Source of the DNA: an uncultured bacterium
GTDB taxonomy: Bacteria; Babelota; Babeliae; Babelales; Vermiphilaceae
DNA: 64,000 nt
Direction of reading: 5' to 3'
Assembly: GCA_963702025.1 (NCBI GenBank)
Contig: OY969699.1
Location: forward strand, 1,312,001 to 1,376,000
Of the stretch, positions 30,725-40,584 are shown in pieces. A model generated the notes under the pieces. That model saw only the letters and a program-made list of their open reading frames with translations. It was not told where the DNA came from and searched no databases. The translations under genes were made by a program, and so were the position numbers. Within the stretch, counting starts at the first letter, position 1; each line of letters opens with the position of its first letter.

Positions 30725-32062
30725 TTATTTAGGAAAGCCGGGAAAACGCCCAAACTTCTTTAAAAGTTTAACATATTGCTGGCTTTGTTCAAATCGTTCC
30801 AGCAAAAGATTTATATCATTAACCTGTACCCCCGCCCCTTTGGCTATTCTTTTTTTACGAGAAGCATCCAAAATACGGGGAAGAATCCGCTCTTTAGGGG
30901 TCATTGAACTGATAATTGCGTTAAATCTCTTGAGTTCAGCCTCCCCCTTTTGGATCATTTCAGGAGAAAAAGCAGGATTAGCTGCCCCCGGCATATACTT
31001 GACTATTTGCGAAAGGGAACCCATTTTTTGGACCATTTTCATCTGATCGGCAAAATCTTGCAGGGTAATCTGCCCCTTGTTAAAGGCCTTTTTCAAGGAG
31101 TCTTGTTCAGATTGCTTTATTTTTTCATTCGCTCTTTCCATCAACGTGGCAATATCGCCCATCCCCAAAATGCGCCCTGCCAAACGTTCAGGATAGAGGC
31201 GCTCAAGATCGGCTATCTTCTCTCCCGACCCCACAAAAACGATCGGCTTTTTGAGCGCGTAACGGAAGGCAAAAGCTGCCCCGGCGCGTGTATCGCTATC
31301 CAATTTTGTTAAGACAGCCGCATCAAAACCAACTGCTTGATTAAAACTTTGAGCCACTGAGAGCGATTCTTGACCCGTCATCGCATCCAACACGAGCAGT
31401 TTATACTTTGGTTTAAGCAGTTTATCTATCACCTTGAGCTGTTCCAACATCTCCTGGTCAACATGCAAGCGCCCTGCTGTATCAAGAAATAGCAATTCAA
31501 AAAGTTCTTTTTGGTAATACGCAAAAATCTCTTGTGCCGCTTTAACCGGATCAGTATTTTGAGCCCGATAAAAGGTGACGCCTGGAATCTGCTTTGCGAG
31601 AATTTCTAGTTGATCAATGGCAGCGGGCCGGTAAAAATCTACCGATGCAAGTAAAATTCTGCGCGATTTACCCTTGGCTTGCGATTCGGTTGTCACTAAG
31701 TTTGCCATCTTGGCAATCGAGGTTGTTTTACCCGACCCTTGCAGGCCCATCACCATCACCACTGATGGTAATTGAAAAGTAAAAGGCACCGCATCTTGAC
31801 CACCCAAAAAAGATTTTAAGCGATCATGCACCACTTTAATTAATTGCTCAGCAGGTTTTAAAGAAGTGAGCACTTTTTGGCCCACTACTTCATTTTTAAT
31901 ATCATTGCAAAAGGTCTCAACCAATGAAAGCGGCACATCGGCCTCTATAAGGGCATCCTTCACTTTGGCAAGCACATCGGCAACATCATTTTCTGTTAAG
32001 GTGCCTTTACCGGTTATTTTTGAAAAAATAGATGAAAATTTATTCGTGAGAAAATCAAACAT
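30725..32062 (-). CDS. ffh: Signal recognition particle protein Ffh
   Basis: GLQGSGKTT, DTAGR, TKLD, RILGMGD, SMTPKER. Confidence 0.97.
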   Translation of the reverse strand: MFDFLTNKFSSIFSKITGKGTLTENDVADVLAKVKDALIEADVPLSLVETFCNDIKNEVVGQKVLTSLKPAEQLIKVVHDRLKSFLGGQDAVPFTFQLPSVVMVMGLQGSGKTTSIAKMANLVTTESQAKGKSRRILLASVDFYRPAAIDQLEILAKQIPGVTFYRAQNTDPVKAAQEIFAYYQKELFELLFLDTAGRLHVDQEMLEQLKVIDKLLKPKYKLLVLDAMTGQESLSVAQSFNQAVGFDAAVLTKLDSDTRAGAAFAFRYALKKPIVFVGSGEKIADLERLYPERLAGRILGMGDIATLMERANEKIKQSEQDSLKKAFNKGQITLQDFADQMKMVQKMGSLSQIVKYMPGAANPAFSPEMIQKGEAELKRFNAIISSMTPKERILPRILDASRKKRIAKGAGVQVNDINLLLERFEQSQQYVKLLKKFGRFPGFPK

Positions 32063-32166
32063 GGTAATCCTGAAAAAAAGATTTTATTCAAGTTTATCAA
32101 AAAAAAGAATTATTGTATTATTTCATAGTCAACGTCTGTTTTCCCCTTAAAGAATAAAGTGAAACC

Positions 32167-32646
32167 ATGAAAAAAATATCCTACTGTTTTCTCGCATTAT
32201 TATTCGCAATCAAAATGAATGCTAATCCTTGGAAAGCGATCAGAGAATCGGCACAACAATCATTTGCCACTGCGCGCACTCATCTGATTCCAGCAATCAA
32301 AATTATTGGTGGATTACAACTCAGCACAGCTGGCGCTATTCAGGGCGCTGAGGCAATTGCCCAAGGCTATAAAGGAATTAAAAAAACAATCGCCGGCACC
32401 TATGAGAACGATTATAAAGAATACTTAGCCGCTCTTAAACAACATCAAGAAGAAAAAGCAAAGCATACCGATGGCGGTGGCGTTTTGGGAGGAATTATGC
32501 TGCTTGCATATACAAACAAACCGAGAGCCCCCCGTGCTCCCAGCGAGTATTATAAAACTGCTGCAGCCAAAACGGCTCTGAGTCTTTCATTACTTGCCAC
32601 GGGCATGTATCTCTTTGGCAATGGTATTAATGCTATCAAGAAGTAA
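32167..32646 (+). CDS. Hypothetical exported membrane protein
   Basis: Signal peptide plus several Gly/Ala-rich hydrophobic segments. Confidence 0.65.
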   Translation: MKKISYCFLALLFAIKMNANPWKAIRESAQQSFATARTHLIPAIKIIGGLQLSTAGAIQGAEAIAQGYKGIKKTIAGTYENDYKEYLAALKQHQEEKAKHTDGGGVLGGIMLLAYTNKPRAPRAPSEYYKTAAAKTALSLSLLATGMYLFGNGINAIKK

Positions 32647-32729
32647 CAAGATCAATAATATATCTCCCAGGGCAGAAGAATCTATTTTCTGCTTCCACAT
32701 AATTAGAAAAACATCTATACTTACCTATT

Positions 32730-33833
32730 ATGGCAAGAAAAAATGAATACCTCACCCATGTATATCCTAAAACACTCGTTGTCGGCATCGAGGCTCCTTA
32801 TAATAAGACGGTGAATATCGATTCTTATTTTCAGGAATTCCTTAATTTGGTAAAAACAAATGGGATCCCCTATGAAGAAGCTATCTTTATTAAGCTGCGT
32901 GAAATTGATCCCGGGTACTTTTTAACCAAAGGGAAACTCCAGGAGCTCAAAGAACTGGTAGAAAAATTATCTATTAAAGAGATTATTTTTTCTGAACCAT
33001 TTTCGGTGCAGCAAGAGCGGAACCTCAACGACTTTTTACATTGCAAAATTTATGACCGCACCCGTTTAATTTTAGAGATTTTTGAAAAAGCGGCCCATAC
33101 CGCCGAAGGCAAAATCCAAGTGGCGATTGCCATGTTGCAATTTGATAAATCTCGCTTGGCCGGGCAGGGAATTTTCCTTTCCCAACAAGCGGGCGTTATT
33201 GGTAACCGCGGACCGGGTGAAACATTAAAAGAACGGGAAACACGGCACATTGAAAACGCCGTACTTAAATTAAAACGGCAATTAGAATCTCTTGCAAAAG
33301 CACGTGAAACACAACGCAAGCGCCGCTTGATGAGCAACATACCGCTCATTTGCTTGGTTGGGTACACCAACGCCGGCAAATCAACCATTCTCAATGCGCT
33401 GACCAAAAGTAATGTGCTTGCCGAAGACAAACTGTTTGCCACCCTTGATACCACAACGCGCGAACTCTACATCGATGGCAACAAAAAAGCGTTAATTTCT
33501 GACACAGTTGGTTTTATTCAACAACTGCCCCATCAACTCATTGAAGCATTTAAATCTACCTTATCCGAATTACAGTTTGCCGATCTGCTTTTGCACGTGA
33601 TTGATATTTCTGACGCAAACTGGGGATCCCATATAAAAGTGGTTCTTGCAATTTTGCGAGAAATTAATGTTGATAAACCAATGCTCTATGTTTTTAATAA
33701 AGCAGATAAAGTTGTTGACAGTGCGCAATTGGAGCAATCTATTGCTGCGTATCAACCACATGTAATTATTTCTGCCAATTCAAAAGAGGGCTTGCAGCCA
33801 CTCGTCGAATACCTCCGCAATTGGAAAAGATAG
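32730..33833 (+). CDS. hflX: Ribosome-splitting GTPase HflX
   Basis: DRTRLILEIF, RGPGET, GYTNAGKST, LFATLDTT, DTVGF, NKAD. Confidence 0.96.
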   Translation: MARKNEYLTHVYPKTLVVGIEAPYNKTVNIDSYFQEFLNLVKTNGIPYEEAIFIKLREIDPGYFLTKGKLQELKELVEKLSIKEIIFSEPFSVQQERNLNDFLHCKIYDRTRLILEIFEKAAHTAEGKIQVAIAMLQFDKSRLAGQGIFLSQQAGVIGNRGPGETLKERETRHIENAVLKLKRQLESLAKARETQRKRRLMSNIPLICLVGYTNAGKSTILNALTKSNVLAEDKLFATLDTTTRELYIDGNKKALISDTVGFIQQLPHQLIEAFKSTLSELQFADLLLHVIDISDANWGSHIKVVLAILREINVDKPMLYVFNKADKVVDSAQLEQSIAAYQPHVIISANSKEGLQPLVEYLRNWKR

Positions 33834-33919
33834 TTGTATTTTGATTCATTTTGTGTATAAGCTTTAAACGATTTTTTGAAGTCGTTTAAAACGTATATTT
33901 TCAAAAAGGAGTCCTCACT

Positions 33920-34648
33920 ATGTTTTCTTACACTAAAGCATTACCACTTGCTTTGCTCATTTCTCTTCCGGCAATTGCAATGGAAAATGAAGCGGCAAAA
34001 CCAACTTCAGCACAATTAGCTACAACAACTTGGATCACTAATAATCTTAATAACGGCGCTGAGGGTCTTAACAATTTAAAACAAAGAATTTCTGATAAAA
34101 ACGATAGGATAACGGGTCTTACTAAAGATTTAGATGCACTTAGCTTAGACACAGCAGCAAAAAGAAATATGCTCAAACAGCTTCCGACAGAAGAAAAAAA
34201 TAAACAATCTGAATATATGAAAAATCTTGCGACACAAACGGCACTGCTCAAAAAAGATTATTTCTCAACTATCGAAATCGAAACACAACAAAAAATTAAG
34301 AGCAATGAAGAAGAAATCAAAAAAGTGGATGCGGAAATAGCATCTCTTGTTCAATTTAAAAAAGAATATCTTGAAGACATCAAGAAATTTAAGCAGGAAG
34401 AAGAAACTGCAAAAGCAAATTACGTAAAAAAAATCCAGACGCAAAATGAAACGGCAAAAAAAGAACAATTCTCGGAGATTGAAAAAGGTGTCAAGGCGAA
34501 AGAAACAGAAATTAATGCCGAAATAACAAACCTACAAGAAAAAATACAAGAACTACAAAAAAATAAAGAAACCATACAACAAGAAGTTGCTGAGTTAAAA
34601 CAATTGCAGCCGGGATGGTGGAATTGGTTGCTTACCAAAAATTCTTAA
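33920..34648 (+). CDS. Secreted coiled-coil protein
   Basis: AGGAG SD; signal ...PAIA-MEN; long K/E/Q heptads; C-terminal GWWNWLL. Confidence 0.8.
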   Translation: MFSYTKALPLALLISLPAIAMENEAAKPTSAQLATTTWITNNLNNGAEGLNNLKQRISDKNDRITGLTKDLDALSLDTAAKRNMLKQLPTEEKNKQSEYMKNLATQTALLKKDYFSTIEIETQQKIKSNEEEIKKVDAEIASLVQFKKEYLEDIKKFKQEEETAKANYVKKIQTQNETAKKEQFSEIEKGVKAKETEINAEITNLQEKIQELQKNKETIQQEVAELKQLQPGWWNWLLTKNS

Positions 34649-34668
34649 TTTCTCACGATCAATGAAAC

Positions 34669-34706
34669 GGCGCTGCACCTATGCCTAAAAGTGTGGCGCC
34701 TTTTTT
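34669..34706 (+). terminator. Putative intrinsic terminator
   Basis: GGCGCTGCAC/GTGTGGCGCC stem followed by TTTTTT. Confidence 0.6.
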
Positions 34707-34723
34707 ATAATAAGGAGTTTGAC

Positions 34724-35839
34724 ATGAACATACGTACTCAATGTAGCCTCTTTTGTATGATGCTTGTGCTTTGTCTTTCGGTGAGCGCGAGTCAAGGTCC
34801 ACGAAAAAAACCATTAACGTTGCAAGATTTTTTACCAAAGACATTAGCAGATGTATTATCCCCAAAAAATCAACGCAAAGAATTACTAAAACGGACTGCA
34901 ATTCCTGATATTGTTGCGGCACAAAAAATTGAAACGAGCTCAATAGCTCCCGTCACCGATTCTCAATCGGAATCAAAAAATGTGATCGTTACTGATCTGC
35001 CTGGTCTTTTTGATATAAAAAAAATGGAAGCTGATTTGCATAACCAACAAAAAGAATTATCTAAACGTACTGTGGCGGACATTCTTGATGATATGAAAAA
35101 GGTTGAGTTGTTAAAAGATTCGCAGCCTGAAGAATTTCATGATAAATTAGCAAATCTATGTTTTGAGGTTGCCAATCTTGAGCAAATCAAAAGATTTGAA
35201 AAAGCAAAATATTTAGAGCAGTTCAGACTTCACGCCAATGAGGCAGAGGAAATAAAAAAATCATACCAACCTTTAGAGGGTCAGATTGAGCAGTTAAAAA
35301 CTGAAAACAATTTTTTCCCAATTATTCGACTGTATGAACAATTAATCGTTCTATCAAAATCTGAGAAACGATCCAATCATTACCAAGCAGAGTTAGCCAA
35401 AGTTAAAACATTGTGCTTGCGCCAAGGAATAGAACAAACTATAAAAAATGCTGCCCAAACAAAAAATTATGCTGAACTAATTGCCGCATACGGCACATTA
35501 GCTGAAACGTACGACACCGTAGAAGAAAAATCCTCAATCGATCAAAAAATATCAGACATAGAAAAAGAAATCATTGAAAATGAATATCAAGAAAAATTAT
35601 CAATCATTGAAAAGGAACAACAAGAAATAACTGCCAATAAAAAAACACTCGATGCGACCGGACTTCATCAAGCAAGCTTATGTTTAAAGAAGAAAGCTAA
35701 TTTGGCGACTAAGTATCCCGCTCATCTGCAAGATCACGCCGATGACGCAAAACGAGCAGACCAACTTCATTGGCAGGCACTTGGAAGAGCGAAAGATAAA
35801 ACGCTCGAAGAGAAAATAAGAAAGGAATTTGGAAAATAA
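34724..35839 (+). CDS. Secreted alpha-helical/coiled-coil hypothetical protein
   Basis: AAGGAG SD before ATG 34724; signal peptide; K/E-rich helices. Confidence 0.75.
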   Translation: MNIRTQCSLFCMMLVLCLSVSASQGPRKKPLTLQDFLPKTLADVLSPKNQRKELLKRTAIPDIVAAQKIETSSIAPVTDSQSESKNVIVTDLPGLFDIKKMEADLHNQQKELSKRTVADILDDMKKVELLKDSQPEEFHDKLANLCFEVANLEQIKRFEKAKYLEQFRLHANEAEEIKKSYQPLEGQIEQLKTENNFFPIIRLYEQLIVLSKSEKRSNHYQAELAKVKTLCLRQGIEQTIKNAAQTKNYAELIAAYGTLAETYDTVEEKSSIDQKISDIEKEIIENEYQEKLSIIEKEQQEITANKKTLDATGLHQASLCLKKKANLATKYPAHLQDHADDAKRADQLHWQALGRAKDKTLEEKIRKEFGK

Positions 35840-35979
35840 ATCAATATCGGAATTATCTTGATGGTTCATCGCAACTGGTGAACCATCAATTATTTCTATC
35901 AACCAACGCTATTCTTTGATACACTAATTTTCGCTTACGGTCCCATTTTAAATCTATTTTGCCCGGCGAAAAGAATTTC

Positions 35980-38247
35980 ATGAACATAGAAAACATTCAT
36001 CGTTTTAATACATTTTTGCAAAACAATTTAAATGCCGCGCAGCGTGAAGCGGTTACCCATCAGACCGGATCGGTGTTAATTGTTGCCGGTGCCGGATCAG
36101 GAAAAACACGCGTTATCACCACACGCATTACTCATTTATTGCTCAATCATCAGGCATTGCCCGCAACTATTTTGGCATTAACATTTACCAATAAGGCCGC
36201 TCTGGAGATGAAAGAGCGGATAGAAACTTTTCTTGAGCGCAAACATGATCTTCCCTTTGTTGGCACATTCCATTCATTTTGTTTGCGGTTGCTCAAACAA
36301 CAGAGCGAACTTTTGGAAAATCCATTTTTTTCTATCTTGGATGAAGATGATCAACATAAAATTCTACAATCTATCATAGCCAAATCAGGGTTACAAAAAA
36401 AAATAACCGCAAAACAGCTTGCCTATCAAATCTCACAAATTAAAAATCAAACTATTGATCCGCAAAGCCATGATCTCATTTCACTCAATCCACTCATCCG
36501 TGAGGTGTATCATGCGTATGAACAGGAAAAACGGGCAAGCAAATGTTTGGATTTTGATGATCTTCTTTTGGAGGTAGTAAAACTTTTTAAAAAACATGAA
36601 TCATTAAAAAATGATTTTCAGAACCAAGTGCGCCATATTTTAGTTGATGAATATCAAGATACTAATGTGGTGCAACATGAGTTACTTAAGCAGATGGCGC
36701 TGACTAGCGGGAAAAAAACTAAACTCGCCGTTGATTCACTCTGTGCCGTCGGCGATGAGGACCAATCAATTTATTCCTGGCGCGGCGCCACCGTGAGTAA
36801 TATCATGAATTTTACCAACGATTTTTTGGGCACCAAAATCATCAAGATCGAACAAAATTACCGCTCCGTGCAGCCGATCCTTGATTTGGCCAATATGGTA
36901 ATTGAGCAAAATACCAACCGTAATCCCAAAAACCTGTGGTCAGAGAAACAGGGAACTGATCGAATCAGATTATGCGCCTTTTTATCCGAATACCAAGAAG
37001 CTGAGGCTATTGCCCATTGTTTAAAAGCCGCGGTTGCTAAAAAACAAAAGTTAAATACGATTGCACTGCTCTATCGGACCCATTTTCAATCACGTGCCTT
37101 GGAAGAAGCACTATTAAAACATTCGATTCCGTATAAAATTATCGGCGGCATCCAATTCTATGAACGCAAAGAGATCAAAGATATTTTGGCGTATTTAAAA
37201 TTGGTAGTAAATCCATTCGATCGCCCTTCATTATTCCGTGTTATTAACAGCCCTTTGCGTGGCCTTGGCAATAAATTTGAAGAATTATTTCACCAAACAT
37301 GGAACAGCAATCTGTTTGCCACATTTAAAGATATTGCCGCAACATTAATTGAAACAAAAGAAGTAACCGGCACCAAAAAAGATGCGCTCGTTGATTTTGT
37401 AAAATTATTTGAATCGCTCCAGCATACGGATAAACCCAGCAAAGCGGTGGAATATTTTATAAGCGCCACCCGTTATTTTTCTTATTTAAAAGAGAGTTAT
37501 GATCCTGAAGAGGCAATGAGCAAAATAGACAACGTAAAAGAACTATTAAAAGCGATTGATCATCTTGAAGCACAAAAAAATCTTACTCTTGCCGATTTTC
37601 TTGATGAAGTAGCACTCATGCAGGCGCAAATTCAAGCAGAGAGTAATGAAAAGGATCCGGTCCTGCTCATGACATTGCATGCGGCAAAAGGGTTGGAGTT
37701 TGATACGGTAATCTTGGCCGGCCTTGAAGAAGGATTATTGCCCAGCTCCCGTTCTTTAACACTGGAAGAATCTATCGAGGAGGAACGGCGCCTCTTTTAT
37801 GTTGGCATCACCCGCGCACAAGAACGGTTATTGCTTACCTATTCGCGGTATCGCTACAACTATGGCACCATGACCGATCAACGCCCTTCCCGCTTTATAC
37901 AAGATATACCACCCGGCACGGTGCCGACGTTTGACGCTTCATACTGGAACACGCTGCAAATGAGCCAATTTTTTAACGGGTGGGCTAAGAATCCTAATAA
38001 CGCCGACTTGTCCGTCGTACCTATCCGGCCAAGCCTTGGCCAAGACGGATCGAACCATAAAAAAACTGAAACCAAATCAAAACTTGTCCCTGCCATATTC
38101 AAAAAAAATCAACCGGTATCTCATCAAAAATTTGGCATCGGCATCGTCGAAGATATTGAACTGCGCGCCAATGGCATCACCTATTTGCAGGTAAAATTTA
38201 AAAGCGGCAGCAAGAAGCTCGATGCAAGTTTTTTAAAAACAATGTGA
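35980..38247 (+). CDS. uvrD: UvrD/PcrA SF1 DNA helicase
   Basis: AGAGSGKT, TFTNKAA, VDEYQDTN, VGDEDQSIY, QNYRS, TLHAAKGLEF, EERRLFYVGITRA. Confidence 0.95.
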   Translation: MNIENIHRFNTFLQNNLNAAQREAVTHQTGSVLIVAGAGSGKTRVITTRITHLLLNHQALPATILALTFTNKAALEMKERIETFLERKHDLPFVGTFHSFCLRLLKQQSELLENPFFSILDEDDQHKILQSIIAKSGLQKKITAKQLAYQISQIKNQTIDPQSHDLISLNPLIREVYHAYEQEKRASKCLDFDDLLLEVVKLFKKHESLKNDFQNQVRHILVDEYQDTNVVQHELLKQMALTSGKKTKLAVDSLCAVGDEDQSIYSWRGATVSNIMNFTNDFLGTKIIKIEQNYRSVQPILDLANMVIEQNTNRNPKNLWSEKQGTDRIRLCAFLSEYQEAEAIAHCLKAAVAKKQKLNTIALLYRTHFQSRALEEALLKHSIPYKIIGGIQFYERKEIKDILAYLKLVVNPFDRPSLFRVINSPLRGLGNKFEELFHQTWNSNLFATFKDIAATLIETKEVTGTKKDALVDFVKLFESLQHTDKPSKAVEYFISATRYFSYLKESYDPEEAMSKIDNVKELLKAIDHLEAQKNLTLADFLDEVALMQAQIQAESNEKDPVLLMTLHAAKGLEFDTVILAGLEEGLLPSSRSLTLEESIEEERRLFYVGITRAQERLLLTYSRYRYNYGTMTDQRPSRFIQDIPPGTVPTFDASYWNTLQMSQFFNGWAKNPNNADLSVVPIRPSLGQDGSNHKKTETKSKLVPAIFKKNQPVSHQKFGIGIVEDIELRANGITYLQVKFKSGSKKLDASFLKTM

Positions 38248-38251
38248 TCTT

Positions 38252-38812
38252 CTATTCCTCATCTTCAGGCATTATTACTTGTTGAAATGGTGTAACGGCG
38301 CCCACACTAATTTTGGCAGCAAGCGGCTTGGCTTGATAAAACAATGGTTTGCCTTCTTGCGTTAATGATTCAATATCCGCATTTTCATCAAGCATAAGAT
38401 CTTTGCCGATCACCATACCGTTGGGCAGCTTTATGCCATCGGCCGGTGTGATGAAATACCCTTTTTTGGTGCGCACAATCATATAATCTTCTTCTTTGAA
38501 TGTTTGCACTTGGGAAACATACGGACCATCCCATTTATCCGGGTGTGCCAAATTCATCGAACCGAGTTCCGAACCAACAAACCCATCTTTTTTAATATTC
38601 AAAAAATCGATTCTATTCTTTTGATAATCGAAATTCAAAATGCCGGCCGTTTTATTTATTCGGTCAAAGATATCGGCAAGTTGCGCGATGTCTTGCGCCA
38701 ATGTTTGCCCCCTATTTTCTTGAATCGCGTGGGGAAAATACAAAAGCGTTATGGCAATCAACGCGCCAATAATGCCAATAGTGAGCACGGAAAAGAGTAT
38801 TTTTCGTTTCAT
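38252..38812 (-). CDS. Membrane-anchored pseudopilin (GspG)-like protein
   Basis: N-terminal TM helix, amphipathic helix QDIAQLADIF, KWDGPYV motif; no GFTLxE prepilin site. Confidence 0.55.
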   Translation of the reverse strand: MKRKILFSVLTIGIIGALIAITLLYFPHAIQENRGQTLAQDIAQLADIFDRINKTAGILNFDYQKNRIDFLNIKKDGFVGSELGSMNLAHPDKWDGPYVSQVQTFKEEDYMIVRTKKGYFITPADGIKLPNGMVIGKDLMLDENADIESLTQEGKPLFYQAKPLAAKISVGAVTPFQQVIMPEDEE

Positions 38813-38910
38813 GGGATTCCTTTTTTATATGCCTATTTATATACCAAAGCAAATTTTATGCAATAGAACTTATGCGTAATAAGCTGCATAAAAAATGAAT
38901 TCTCCAGAAA

Positions 38911-39021
38911 CCGTTCGTGGTGAGTGCGAACGCAGTGAGCGTATCGAACCATAATTGGAAAAATTCAAATCATAAGCACCCTTCGATACGCCGCTCTTCG
39001 AGCGGCACTCAGGGCGAACGG
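38911..39021. repeat. Inverted pair of REP-like units
   Basis: CCGTTCGTGGTGAGT..GTATCGAACCA (38911-51) and CCCTTCGATAC-GCCGCTCTTCGAGCGGC-ACTCAGGGCGAACGG (38979-39021). Confidence 0.88.
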
Positions 39022-39324
39022 CTAGTGGTTTTTTCAGTTAGATAAAATAATAACGCATAGGATTTATCCACTATAACGGTAAAAATTGTGGATAAAAAAA
39101 GACAATTCGAACAAAATTTTATTAATAATAGATTTTAGTAATTATTATTTGCTAATTGTAAAAAAGTAGGGAAGGGTGGCCGTGTCCACACTCTTTGTGT
39201 TTGATTTCTTAATTTACTGAGTAATTTTATCGCGTATCATGCTAATAACTCATAGAAATTTGACTATAGAGCACTAAACAATAATCTATAGTATGCAACA
39301 TAATTTTAACCTTCTGTAAAGAAA

Positions 39325-40548
39325 ATGAAAATTAAGCTACTCATACACATAATCATTTTCAGCGTATCTCCTGTTCATCTTATGGCAATGGAATTGCCTT
39401 CCCGCTTGGAAACTGGTGCTCACCATAGCGCGCAACGGATCATCAAAAGACAACAAATTTTTAACGCACTCTTACAAAAAGGATATTTCGAAAACCTTCC
39501 GGCCGAAATAAAAGCACATATTTGCTTTTATTTATTGCGATCTTACGTTTACAAACGCAAAACCACAAAAAGAAAAGTCCAAAAGGATATACGCAATTAT
39601 TTGTTAACCTGCAAAAGAACTGCCTACAGTCTAAACCTTAATGAAGCACTTCTATCAATGATACAAAAAAAATATTCGTGTACTGCTTTTGACGCACTCA
39701 AATTTTTAGGCGCAACGGCAGCTCGGGCTTTTGGTATAATTCATGATACGGTCCCTTCTTTTGATATTATTGATAAAAAAGCTAGTCGTTTCATTCGCAG
39801 AGAAGAGAGGAATGAAGCCATAAATTGGAGAATTTTTGGTATTTGCGCCGGAATTCTAAAAAAAAATCAATACATCAAAGATATGCTATTAATGAAAGCC
39901 ATAGAAATAAATGATGTAGATGCTACAAAATGGTTATTAGAAAAAAAAGCAGACCCAAATATTGAGGGTGACAATAACTCTTATAGCGCTATTCAGAAAG
40001 CGGCTATAAAAGGAAATCAGGAAATAATACGATTACTGCTGGCAGCAGGTGCTAACCTTCAGGTAAAAAATTGTTACTACCCTTCCGCATTAGCTGAGGC
40101 AGTATCTTATGGCCATGTGCAAGCAGTACAACTTCTTTTAGAGGCCGGAGCTGATAGTAATCAAATACGCAGCAAAGATAGAAATTTGTTATTTGTCGCC
40201 GTAAAATATGCACAAACAGAAAATGACAATCGTGTTAAAATAACCGAATTATTAATACGCCATGGGTGCAGTGTGAATCATGCTTCATCACAATTTGATG
40301 CCAGCTATCTCAGGCGGGGTCCCGCTGGATGCACCGCCTTACATGAAGCGGCAGCCAATGGAAATCGCAAATTAGTTGAAATATTACTCAAAGCAGGCGC
40401 TAATCCCTATCTTGAAGGCTCTCATTCTTGTTTCGATTGGAAGCAAAAAAACGCTATTGATTTTTGCGAACAATATTGCACCACTACTAATAAACAAGAA
40501 ATTCTTGCCCTACTGCGTGAAAAATCAAAAGCAAAGGGCGGGAAATAA
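39325..40548 (+). CDS. Secreted F-box-like plus ankyrin-repeat protein
   Basis: Signal ..HLMA-MEL; YFENLPAEIKAHICFYL; about 5 ankyrin repeats (TALHEAAANG..LLKAGANP). Confidence 0.88.
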   Translation: MKIKLLIHIIIFSVSPVHLMAMELPSRLETGAHHSAQRIIKRQQIFNALLQKGYFENLPAEIKAHICFYLLRSYVYKRKTTKRKVQKDIRNYLLTCKRTAYSLNLNEALLSMIQKKYSCTAFDALKFLGATAARAFGIIHDTVPSFDIIDKKASRFIRREERNEAINWRIFGICAGILKKNQYIKDMLLMKAIEINDVDATKWLLEKKADPNIEGDNNSYSAIQKAAIKGNQEIIRLLLAAGANLQVKNCYYPSALAEAVSYGHVQAVQLLLEAGADSNQIRSKDRNLLFVAVKYAQTENDNRVKITELLIRHGCSVNHASSQFDASYLRRGPAGCTALHEAAANGNRKLVEILLKAGANPYLEGSHSCFDWKQKNAIDFCEQYCTTTNKQEILALLREKSKAKGGK

Positions 40549-40564
40549 ATAAAAAGCCCGCCCT
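40535..40564. terminator. Hairpin/terminator between convergent genes
   Basis: AGGGCGGG...CCCGCCCT stem overlapping the 3' end of the ankyrin gene. Confidence 0.55.
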
Positions 40565-40584
40565 ATATAATTCTATGTTATCAA

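Noticed and set aside
39166..39196. GTAG-type REP (GTAGGGAAGGGTGGCCGTGTCCACACTC)
   Set aside because: Single degenerate copy with a weak stem; not supportable from this window alone.
38813..39324. Replication origin
   Set aside because: Only two good DnaA boxes, no dnaA/dnaN/gidA nearby, and spot counts show C>=G on the plus strand on both sides.
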